A DNA stretch of 64,000 nucleotides, from positions 930,713 to 994,712 of the forward strand of contig JACKGF010000001.1 in NCBI GenBank assembly GCA_020632095.1, given 5' to 3'. Source of the DNA: Candidatus Nomurabacteria bacterium. Its GTDB lineage: Bacteria > Patescibacteriota > Minisyncoccia > Phycocordibacterales > UBA918. The position numbers and the translations under genes are program-made. The stretch's first letter is position 1, and the number at the start of each line of letters is the position of its first letter. Below, piece by piece: positions 56,650 to 64,000 of this stretch. The notes beneath the pieces are model-generated. The model was not told the DNA's origin. It searched no databases and was given only the letters and a program-made list of their open reading frames with translations.

Positions 56650-58243
56650 TAAAGTGATGGCTCTCATTTATTGTCGAGTATCGTCAGACAGGCAGATGCA
56701 AGAGGGTCATGGGCTAGATAGTCAAGAGCAACGCTGTAAAAAGTATGCGCTTGAGCATAACTATGGAGTAGAAAAGGTATTCAGAGACAGCTACACAGGC
56801 GGTGGTGATTTTATGAAGAGACCTGCGATGGCTGATATGATTTCATACATTGAGAAAAAGCCATACACAAACTATGTCGTGATCTTCGATGATACAAAAC
56901 GATTGGCACGTGATCACATGGAGTATTGGCGACTAAGAAACTTGTTTAAGTCTCTGGAAGCTGAAGTTGAATCACCAAACTTTAGCTTTGGTGACACGGA
57001 AGAATCTTGGCTTCAGGAAGCTATAACAGCTATCTTCAGTGACTTCGAAAGAAGGTCGAACAAACGACAGGTTAATCAGAAGATGCGTGCCAGGTTAGAA
57101 TCTGGTTACTGGACATTTAATTCAACAGAAGTACCGGGCTATAAGAGGAAAGATTTGCCTGATAAAACTTGGATCCTTGTTAGGAGTGAACCGAAGGCAA
57201 GCATTATTAAAGAAGCATTGGAAGGTTATGCAAATGGCAGGTTTGACACTAAGACAGACGTACAAAAGTTTCTCCAGAGGAAAAATTATCTAGCAGAAAA
57301 CAAACAAAAAAGAGTTTACCTATCTAGAGTAGATCGGCTACTTGAAAGATCATGGTTGTATGCTGGATTTATTGAGCATCTCGAATGGGAGGTGGAGCGT
57401 CGTATAGGTAAGCACGAGGCAATCATTACTCTGGAGGTATTAAAGAGAATTGAAGATAAGTTACAGAATAAAAGCAGGGTGCGAATCCGTAAGGATTACA
57501 ATGAAGACTTTCCGTTAAGACCGCATGTGCTATGTGCTGGTTGTGGCAAGAAACTAACAGCAAGTTGGACTAGGGGAAGGAGCGGAACTTATCATCCGTA
57601 TTATAGATGTAGTAACGACTCGAAAGTGTGTCCATATGGAAATAAGAGCATACGAAGGGAAGCGATGGAAACGGAGTTTAGGGAGTTGCTTACCAGTCTG
57701 AGACCCAATCAGGGGGTTGTGTCGTTGACTCGAGCAATATTAGATGACCTGTACAAAAAGAAGCATTCTGAGACAGAAGGGTATCAAGCTGATATTGATA
57801 AGCAACTAAGGAAGTTGGATACTGAAATTGAAAAGTTGATGGACCGAGCAATGAATACAAAGAATGAGATCATGGCTGAGAGGTATGACGAACAAGCTTC
57901 GAAACTAATAGAGGAAAAAGAAAAGTTGCTAGAGAATAACAGTAAATCGGATAACTTCGATGTGGACTTTGGAACCGCCTGTGATGAAGTGATGTCAGTA
58001 ATAAATAATCCAGTAAACAAATGGGATTCTGACAGTCTTGATGATAAAAGACTAGTAATAAAGCTGGTTTTCGATGGTGATCCTACATATGACAAAATCC
58101 ATGGCTTTGGAACCACGGATTTGTCATGTGTTATAAGGTTATTTGAGAGAATTCGTGCTACGAATTCCCAGGATGTGGAGATGGGGGGAATTGAACCCCC
58201 GTCCGAATTAGGGTGCGATTGTGAATCTACAGTGTGTAGCTGA
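56627..58243 (+). CDS. large serine recombinase (resolvase/invertase N-domain + recombinase domain + zinc ribbon + coiled coil); C-terminus reads into the tmRNA gene
   Basis: ALIYCRVSSDRQ catalytic-Ser motif, zinc ribbon CAGCGKKL...YYRC; last 17 codons (MGGIEPPSELGCDCESTVCS) are translated from ssrA 3'-end DNA; start set at MAKKKQ (56627). Confidence 0.8.
   Translation: MAKKKQINKVMALIYCRVSSDRQMQEGHGLDSQEQRCKKYALEHNYGVEKVFRDSYTGGGDFMKRPAMADMISYIEKKPYTNYVVIFDDTKRLARDHMEYWRLRNLFKSLEAEVESPNFSFGDTEESWLQEAITAIFSDFERRSNKRQVNQKMRARLESGYWTFNSTEVPGYKRKDLPDKTWILVRSEPKASIIKEALEGYANGRFDTKTDVQKFLQRKNYLAENKQKRVYLSRVDRLLERSWLYAGFIEHLEWEVERRIGKHEAIITLEVLKRIEDKLQNKSRVRIRKDYNEDFPLRPHVLCAGCGKKLTASWTRGRSGTYHPYYRCSNDSKVCPYGNKSIRREAMETEFRELLTSLRPNQGVVSLTRAILDDLYKKKHSETEGYQADIDKQLRKLDTEIEKLMDRAMNTKNEIMAERYDEQASKLIEEKEKLLENNSKSDNFDVDFGTACDEVMSVINNPVNKWDSDSLDDKRLVIKLVFDGDPTYDKIHGFGTTDLSCVIRLFERIRATNSQDVEMGGIEPPSELGCDCESTVCS
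58182..58198. repeat. 17-bp direct repeat, proximal copy overlapping ssrA 3' end
   Basis: Identical to 51881-51897. Confidence 0.7.
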
Positions 58244-58579
58244 TTCCTTGGGTTTAAAATCATTTGCTTGAGAACGAGCAAAACACAAATGATTCGAGTT
58301 GTTTAATTCTTAGTCGCCTACGACAACGGCAAAGGTAACCATAGTCTCGTGTTTATTCTACGAGAAGTGCCGTATGAGACGTTTAACACTTTCGCATCGA
58401 TCCGGCAGGCGTATGATTACGCAAATGCGGGAGCGAATCCAAACGCGTTAGCGTAAGGACTTACTATTGCTTTTTTTGCAAGTAGATAGTGGAACCTTTT
58501 AACGAATTGATTACCAATTTCGACACTGCACACAACCGACACGACTAACCGTCGATGCCGAGCATCCCCTCAGTGGTAG
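58185..58579 (-). ncRNA. ssrA: tmRNA (transfer-messenger RNA)
   Basis: Minus strand: 5' GGGGAUGCUCGGCAUCGACGG (cf. E. coli GGGGCUGAUUCUGGAUUCGACGG); G3:U70 wobble and A73 Ala identity; T-arm GGGGGUUCAAUUCCCCC; internal tag ORF GCU AAC GCG UUU GGA UUC GCU CCC GCA UUU GCG UAA (ANAFGFAPAFA*); smpB 950 bp upstream. Confidence 0.7.
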
Positions 58580-58719
58580 CGGGTGAGGTCTTCCGAGGGA
58601 AGACCTCACCCGTGAACACTGAGGGACGTATGTACAAATTAAATTTAGTTACAGAAAGGTGATAGGGAAGGAATATTTTCTTCCCTATAAGAAAGCAGTC
58701 TGCAAGGCTGCTTTCGGGG

Positions 58720-59070
58720 TTAATGAATGGTTTTGGAAGTTCTTAAGGAACAGTCTGCCCACCGCTCAACTTGTTGTCTGAGGTATGAGCACGATACGAG
58801 GTCGGTACAAGTGCAAGTACTTTGTTCGACCAAGATGCTAAGGGCGGCCGCAAAGCGAAGTAAGTGTCCGTGGTAACGCTCCACTAAGACCGCTTGAAGC
58901 TTGACCTCTAAGCGGTCATTTTCGTCACCAATGGCGCGCATTAGTCCGTCGGTGAAGTCGTCGGGGTCCACGACTTCAACCTCGCTTGCACAGGGGCGTT
59001 TCACTTCCGTCATATCAAACATCCGATTCTCCTTGTGATACAGGATAATGAATCGATGGAACAGGCTCAC
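58720..59070 (-). CDS. Cys-rich small protein, paralog A (ends ...CSLRTSKTIH)
   Basis: 116 aa; GC-richer than the genome; shares its C-terminal octapeptide with the next ORF. Confidence 0.35.
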   Translation of the reverse strand: MSLFHRFIILYHKENRMFDMTEVKRPCASEVEVVDPDDFTDGLMRAIGDENDRLEVKLQAVLVERYHGHLLRFAAALSILVEQSTCTCTDLVSCSYLRQQVERWADCSLRTSKTIH

Positions 59071-59110
59071 TCCTGAACCACCTTTCTATAACCAAATTTA
59101 GTATTTATGA

Positions 59111-59128
59111 AATTGAATGTAAGACGGT
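59111..59128. repeat. 18-bp inverted repeat, left arm (AATTGAATGTAAGACGGT)
   Basis: Perfect reverse complement at 59509-59526; extends to 21/22 including flanking GG. Confidence 0.7.
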
Positions 59129-59217
59129 AGGTCGGACAGCAAGCTGGGCGGCTTGTTGTCCGACATAAGGTGCACTACTCCAGCCGTCCTTTACAAAGGT
59201 TTGGAGGGTGCCGGTTG

Positions 59218-59472
59218 TTAGTGGATGGTTTTGGAGGTTTGGCAGTCGCAATAGCCTTCCATTCCGAATGTGACAAAATACGAAAGTTGTTCATCCGTAA
59301 GATTAAGATAATGAGCCGATCTTCCCAGTTCTGCCAACTCTAAGTGACAGACTTCACATTGGGTTCGTTGTTCAGAAGGGCAGTCTGAATTCACCATAGC
59401 ATGGAGTTCCTCCTTTAATTTTTTGAGTTCCTCATCAATTGTAGGGTCTCCCAGCTTGTGTGCGATACACAT
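59218..59472 (-). CDS. Cys-rich small protein, paralog B (ends ...CDCQTSKTIH)
   Basis: 84 aa with CxxC (CEVC) and CDC; flanked by the inverted repeat. Confidence 0.35.
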   Translation of the reverse strand: MCIAHKLGDPTIDEELKKLKEELHAMVNSDCPSEQRTQCEVCHLELAELGRSAHYLNLTDEQLSYFVTFGMEGYCDCQTSKTIH

Positions 59473-59508
59473 GACCTATCCTTTCATTACTTGTGGGCAA
59501 AATTACCC

Positions 59509-59526
59509 ACCGTCTTACATTCAATT
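59509..59526. repeat. 18-bp inverted repeat, right arm
   Basis: ACCGTCTTACATTCAATT, reverse complement of 59111-59128. Confidence 0.7.
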
Positions 59527-59971
59527 ATTGAGATTTCAAGGTGCGGTTGATTTCGCGTTTGACGTCGCGGGCTTTGATGGATTCACGTTTATCGTGTTTC
59601 TTCTTACCACGTGCTACGGCGACTTCGAGCTTGATTTTCTGCTTATTATTGTACAACCTAACAGCCATAGCTGTCAAGCCAGCTGTTTCGGTTTGGTTTT
59701 CGAGCCGAGCAATTTCTTTTTTGGATAAAAGGAGTTTACGCGGTCGTTCACTGTCGTAGCTTTTGGGAGTGTTGACTGGCTGGAAGGCAGTAATATGAGC
59801 ACCAACCAAGTAGGCTTCACCACCACGTACGATTACATAAGCGCCTTCCAGCTTACCTTTCTTGGCGCGAATACCCTTAACTTCATATCCGTGCAACACC
59901 AAACCAGCTTCAAAAGTCTCAAGGATGTCGAAGTCAAAGCGGGCTTTTCTATTTTGGATATAAGTTGTCAT
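59525..59971 (-). CDS. smpB: SsrA-binding protein SmpB
   Basis: 148 aa; RKARFDFDILETFEAGLVLHGYEVK...GAHI SmpB signature and basic C-terminal tail. Confidence 0.85.
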   Translation of the reverse strand: MTTYIQNRKARFDFDILETFEAGLVLHGYEVKGIRAKKGKLEGAYVIVRGGEAYLVGAHITAFQPVNTPKSYDSERPRKLLLSKKEIARLENQTETAGLTAMAVRLYNNKQKIKLEVAVARGKKKHDKRESIKARDVKREINRTLKSQ

Positions 59972-60025
59972 ATATTAGATGTTTCAACTAGTAATGATAC
60001 TATATTAAAAACCTAAAATATAAAA

Positions 60026-60940
60026 ATGATTTTCGAAGGCGACCATTCAGTAGTAGAGGCAATTAAAGAAAAAAAGCGTCTAATGGACGCCGGTAAAGAG
60101 CATGATCACATCAGGCCTTTATTGATTCAGGGTGGGGGATTGATGCGGGGAGCTTACGGCGCCGGAGCCTCCTTGGCTTTAGAAGAACTTGGCTATACCA
60201 ACACATTCACTTCGATGGTAGGGATTTCTTCTGGCGCTCCATTAATAGCTTATTTTGCCGCAGGTAATGCCAAGGTAGCCAAGTCTATTTTTATTAAAGA
60301 TTGTGCAGATAAAAGATTTGTAAATGTTTGGCGATTTTGGAATCAGGCCGACACTAAATATTTAATCAATATTATTAGCTCAGATGAAAAGAAAAAATTA
60401 GATTTTGATAAAGTTTCGAGTAATCCAGCTGATTTATATATAGGAGTCTCAGAATTTGAAACTGCCTTACCTAAATTACTAAAACCTAAAAACGTTTACC
60501 ACTTTTTTGATTCTGTGCACGCTTCGATAAATATGCAGAACGTATCGCCACATAAAGTTATTATTGACGGTGTTCATTATGCTGACGGAGGTTTCACTAA
60601 ACCTCATATGTTTACTGAAGCATTGAAAGAGATTGATGCTACTCACATTCTTATTATTACAAATAATGATAAGAGATTTACCCCAATTTCAATAATAGAA
60701 AAAATTATGAATCGGACGTTATTTAGGTTTAGGTTAAATGGGGTATTAGCTCAAGCAATTAATAGTCGGCGAGAAGAACGTGACAAAGCGATTGCTGGGG
60801 CGATGAAAAGTGATAATGCGGTGGCGGTGGTTTGGGGTGATTGCTCGATTCATGGGATGGAAAACAATCCACAAAAAATAGCAGCTACCATTGAAGCTTC
60901 GCGTACTTGGTGGCACGGTTTGTTCTCATTAGAGAAATAA
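60026..60940 (+). CDS. patatin-like phospholipase
   Basis: GGGLMRGAYGAG oxyanion motif and GISSGA (GxSxG) nucleophile elbow. Confidence 0.75.
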   Translation: MIFEGDHSVVEAIKEKKRLMDAGKEHDHIRPLLIQGGGLMRGAYGAGASLALEELGYTNTFTSMVGISSGAPLIAYFAAGNAKVAKSIFIKDCADKRFVNVWRFWNQADTKYLINIISSDEKKKLDFDKVSSNPADLYIGVSEFETALPKLLKPKNVYHFFDSVHASINMQNVSPHKVIIDGVHYADGGFTKPHMFTEALKEIDATHILIITNNDKRFTPISIIEKIMNRTLFRFRLNGVLAQAINSRREERDKAIAGAMKSDNAVAVVWGDCSIHGMENNPQKIAATIEASRTWWHGLFSLEK

Positions 60941-60986
60941 GCGAAAACGTGGTATTTCGAGCTGTTTTCTGTATAATAGCCCTCAT

Positions 60987-63104
60987 ATGAATAAGCCTGA
61001 AAATACCGAAGAATTGAAGGAAGTAGAGACCGGTACGCCAGAAGTCCCGGTTGAATCAGATGAAAAAACGCCAGATTCAAACCAAATAGAACCTTCGCCG
61101 ATCCCTAGAGCAGAAAAAGCTGAGAAAGGAGAAAAGAATAGTTCTAGTTTAAGAGATATTGGTAAAAAAATGCCACTTGGTCCGGGCAATTTTTGGAACA
61201 ATATGCTGTCGACGGTTCTGTTACTTATTTTTGTAACAGCGTTATTTTCCTATGTAACCGAAAATCAAGTTAAGCCAGAAGAGCTAACTATCACAGATGT
61301 TGTTAGTCAAGTAAAGGCTGGTGAAGTTAAAACTATTATCGTACGGGGTGCGATGTTGGAAGTTTCATACAATGACGATACTAAGACACCTGGTGAAGCC
61401 AAGCGGGAAGTAGACGCTTCAGTTACTGAGTCACTTACTAATTTGGGTGTGACTCCGGAGGAGTTGTCTAAAATTTCGATTGATGTCCAGCGTGAGACAG
61501 GCTTCATGTATTGGTTTAGTAACTTTGCTCCGTTCTTATTCCCATTGTTATTTCTCGGGGTGATTATTTGGTTTTTCACTCGTTCAGTTAAGGGTGCTGG
61601 TATGCAGGCAATGAGTTTTGGAAATTCCAAAGCTCGTATGATCGACCCTAATGACCTTAGTCAGAAGGTGACTTTCAAGGATGTGGCAGGAGCTAAGGAA
61701 GCTAAGCAAGAGTTGGAAGAAATTGTTGATTTCCTAAAGAATCCAAAAAAGTTTCTTGATATTGGTGCTGAGATTCCAAAGGGAGTAATGATGATGGGGG
61801 CGCCAGGTACTGGTAAGACACTGCTTGCTCGAGCGGTGGCTGGAGAGGCTGGTGTGCCATTTTACTCAATTTCTGGTTCTGAGTTTGTGGAGATGTTTGT
61901 GGGAGTTGGTGCTTCGCGAGTGCGAGACCTGTTTCAGATGGCTAAGAAGTCAGCTCCTTCAATTATCTTCGTGGATGAAATAGATGCGGTAGGGCGAGTG
62001 CGTGGGACTGGTGTTGGGGGAGGAAACGACGAACGGGAACAAACTCTCAATCAGATCTTGGTTGAGATGGATGGCTTTGAGCCAAACGCAAAAGTAATCG
62101 TGATGGCGGCCACTAACCGTCCAGACGTACTCGACCCAGCCCTATTACGACCTGGTCGATTCGACCGACGTGTCACTATCGATCTACCAGACCGTAAGGA
62201 TAGAGAGGCTATACTAACTGTACATGCGCGTAAGAAGCCACTGCAAGAAGATGTGAATTTGGAAATTATTGCTAAGCGGACACCTGGTTTTTCTGGGGCT
62301 GACTTGTATTCACTGATGAACGAAGGAGCGATTCTGGCGGCTCGTGAGAAACGAAAGAAAGTTGGTCAGTTTGACTTGATTCGTTCAATTGAAAAGGTCA
62401 TGCTTGGTCCAGAGCGAAAAAGTCACGTATTAACTAAGTATGAAAAAAGAGTCACTGCTTATCATGAAGTAGGTCATGCTTTGGTGGCTTCGGTTTTACC
62501 GTACGCTGACCCAGTACAAAAGGTATCTATCATTTCTCGTGGACGGGCGGCTGGCTACACACTTAAGCTGCCAGACCAAGACCGCAGAATGCATACTAAG
62601 AAGGAATTTCTGGACGATATCGCGATGACGCTCGGCGGTTATGTGACTGAAGAAATGGTCTTCGGCGATCTTTCAACTGGTCCATCAAATGACCTTCAGG
62701 TCGTAGCCAACATAGCGAGGGATATGGTGACTAAGTATGGTATGAGTGAGACTTTAGGAGCAGTGGCTTTTGAAGGGACTGGTGGCCGGATGATCGGCGG
62801 CGGCTTGTCTGAGGATAGAGGCTATTCGGAAAAAGTGGCTAAAGAGATTGACGATGAGGTGGCACGGATTATAGAGGAAGGAAAAACTCGAGCGAGAGAA
62901 ATCTTGACTAAGTACCGAACAGCTTTGAATTCTATTTCAGAAAAGTTGGTAGAAGTTGAAACTTTAGAAAGGGAGGAATACGAAACTCTATTGAAGCAGC
63001 AAGGAGTTGAAATAAAGGATGTTTATACCGATATGTATAGTGAAGAACAGAAGGTTGGAGATCCGACGAAAAGTTTGGAGACTCCGGTGAAGGAGGTTGA
63101 GTAG
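60987..63104 (+). CDS. ftsH: ATP-dependent zinc metalloprotease FtsH with extended N-terminal region
   Basis: Walker A GAPGTGKT, second region of homology, HEVGHAL zinc motif; 705 aa. Confidence 0.85.
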   Translation: MNKPENTEELKEVETGTPEVPVESDEKTPDSNQIEPSPIPRAEKAEKGEKNSSSLRDIGKKMPLGPGNFWNNMLSTVLLLIFVTALFSYVTENQVKPEELTITDVVSQVKAGEVKTIIVRGAMLEVSYNDDTKTPGEAKREVDASVTESLTNLGVTPEELSKISIDVQRETGFMYWFSNFAPFLFPLLFLGVIIWFFTRSVKGAGMQAMSFGNSKARMIDPNDLSQKVTFKDVAGAKEAKQELEEIVDFLKNPKKFLDIGAEIPKGVMMMGAPGTGKTLLARAVAGEAGVPFYSISGSEFVEMFVGVGASRVRDLFQMAKKSAPSIIFVDEIDAVGRVRGTGVGGGNDEREQTLNQILVEMDGFEPNAKVIVMAATNRPDVLDPALLRPGRFDRRVTIDLPDRKDREAILTVHARKKPLQEDVNLEIIAKRTPGFSGADLYSLMNEGAILAAREKRKKVGQFDLIRSIEKVMLGPERKSHVLTKYEKRVTAYHEVGHALVASVLPYADPVQKVSIISRGRAAGYTLKLPDQDRRMHTKKEFLDDIAMTLGGYVTEEMVFGDLSTGPSNDLQVVANIARDMVTKYGMSETLGAVAFEGTGGRMIGGGLSEDRGYSEKVAKEIDDEVARIIEEGKTRAREILTKYRTALNSISEKLVEVETLEREEYETLLKQQGVEIKDVYTDMYSEEQKVGDPTKSLETPVKEVE

Positions 63105-63118
63105 AAAGAGTAAATAAA

Positions 63119-63150
63119 AGAGTGGCGGCCCGTAGGGCCGCCACTCTTTT
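63119..63150 (+). terminator. rho-independent terminator after ftsH
   Basis: agagtggcggcccgtagggccgccactctttt. Confidence 0.65.
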
Positions 63151-63207
63151 ATTTACATCTGTCCACCATGGATAGAAGCTAATATTATTGGACTGAAATT
63201 TCCTATG

Positions 63208-63280
63208 TCCGCCCGCCAGGACTCGAACCTGGGACCACGAAGGTATAAGCTTCGCGCTCTACCAACTGAGCTACAGGCGG
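63208..63280 (-). tRNA. tRNA with anticodon UAU (Ile-like body, would read AUA)
   Basis: Reverse complement folds as CCGCCUG-UA-GCUC AGUUGGUA GAGC-G-CGAAG CUUAUAC CUUCG-UGGUC-CCAGG UUCGAGU CCUGG-CGGGCGG-A; D-arm/T-arm nearly identical to bacterial tRNA-Ile; unusual C1:G72. Confidence 0.6.
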
Positions 63281-63418
63281 ACATAATAAACTTCAATCTA
63301 TTTAATTTATCTTAGAAGCCAAATGTCTTAAGGTTGATTCCAAGGTTCAAATTATAAGCTTCGCGCACTACTTGGACAAGTGAGGAAAAATATGGAAGTT
63401 TACTTACATATTATTTCC

Positions 63419-63470
63419 GAACGCAGTTCAAGAAAGCTTGCTTACCAACTGAGCTATGGATGGATGTTGG
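63419..63470 (-). other. partial duplicate (5' half) of the adjacent tRNA; tRNA-like remnant
   Basis: Shares TAGCTCAGTTGGTA (14/14) and a degraded anticodon-stem region with the tRNA 150 bp away; no matching 3' acceptor strand. Confidence 0.3.
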
Positions 63471-63750
63471 TACCAAGTACTATATCGTAAACAGGGTTAG
63501 TTCACAATCTAACAAATAACCATTTACTTTTTTATGATCCTAGAGTATAAAATATAAGGACGGTATTGATTTCGTCCTCTTTCCAACATCAGAAATGGAG
63601 AAGGAAATGAAATTAGAGATTGGTAATTCAATAGACAGGGTGGTTGACAGAAAGGGGGTGATCCAGCCGTTATCTGTAGACAGAACCTAATCCATACAGT
63701 GGATTAGAGAAGTCTGTCTCAGAGGTTAACCGCCTCTTAAGAAAAATTTG

Positions 63751-63780
63751 GCCCAGCACAGTCTGGGCCGTTTTTTTTTT
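63751..63780 (+). terminator. rho-independent terminator
   Basis: ggcccagcacagtctgggcc hairpin followed by T10. Confidence 0.65.
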
Positions 63781-64000
63781 GCTATTTATGAATTTTTCTT
63801 GTGTTATTTAAATAACGGGAAATTTTAGTTGCAAAGTATGATTAAATCTAGTTTGATGTATAAAGTCCAGTTATGTTATTTTAGGTTCTACAAAACACAT
63901 AATACTTACAGGAGAAATGACCAATGAGTATCATAGGAGTGAGTGTAGGCAAAAAGTTTGATTGGTACATATCCGGAAAACCTAATGCAACAAGAGATGA

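Larger units (their letters stand above)
51881..58198. mobile_element. putative ssrA-integrated genomic island bounded by the 17-bp direct repeats; cargo is a C5-methyltransferase, a GHKL ATPase, small membrane proteins and a large serine recombinase
   Basis: Direct repeats, recombinase gene fused to tmRNA 3' end, cargo unrelated to flanking housekeeping genes. Confidence 0.55.

Noticed and set aside
1-64000. CRISPR arrays, rRNA genes, prophage structural genes
   Set aside because: Scanned both strands for regularly spaced short direct repeats and for rRNA-like conserved segments; none found. The only phage-like genes are the recombinases and the toxin-antitoxin pair

Overview
This window reads as a compact bacterial chromosome segment, possibly from a Patescibacteria/Saccharibacteria-like organism. 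That guess rests on gene content only (xfp-ackA fermentation pair, many small hypothetical membrane proteins, reduced r-protein context). No rRNA or CRISPR array was found.

The window runs in this order:
- **1-5.4 kb**: a tellurite-resistance-like Ter cluster (TerC/DUF475, TelA-like, TerD, vWA-like, plus a repeat-containing unknown).
- **5.4-6.2 kb**: a decayed IS200/IS605 element with a frameshifted tnpA and a 2 x 113 bp tandem duplication. It abuts a truncated spc ribosomal operon.
- **6.5-10.7 kb**: rpsN-rpsH-rplF-rplR-rpsE-rplO-secY.
- **10.7-18.2 kb**: an inserted block of hypotheticals and a cmk-like kinase, then two adk paralogs, map, a DpnI-like methyl-directed restriction endonuclease and ndk.
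- **21.0-22.6 kb**: the infC-rpmI-rplT operon on the minus strand, next to a small-RNA candidate with a consensus promoter and terminator.
- **23.8-24.4 kb**: a second, intact IS200/IS605 element.
- **29.9-35.7 kb**: a SET-domain protein, phosphoketolase and acetate kinase, and a two-component pair.
- **38.6-44.6 kb**: an operon of three TasA/camelysin-like proteins carrying a SipW-cognate signal peptide, followed by a SipW-like signal peptidase with a long acidic tail.
- **48.5-49.8 kb**: a TSP type-3 repeat surface protein.

The most notable region is 49.9-59.5 kb. I identify a tmRNA gene (ssrA, minus strand) by its 5' GGGGAUG acceptor, a G3:U70 pair, a T-arm, a tag ORF, and smpB nearby. Its 3' end is overlapped by the C-terminus of a large serine recombinase. 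A 17-bp direct repeat of the ssrA 3' end lies 6.3 kb away. The bracketed island carries a C5-cytosine methyltransferase paired with a MORC-like GHKL ATPase that may have a C-terminal HEPN-like Rx4H motif, plus small membrane proteins. Just outside the island sit remnants of an older element: a recombinase C-terminal fragment, a higBA-like pair, and an inverted ssrA-3'-end copy with a hairpin insertion. Between smpB and ssrA there are two GC-richer, Cys-rich paralogous small ORFs; the one proximal to smpB is flanked by an 18-bp inverted repeat.

The window ends with patatin, ftsH, a tRNA with anticodon UAU, and a partial tRNA duplicate.
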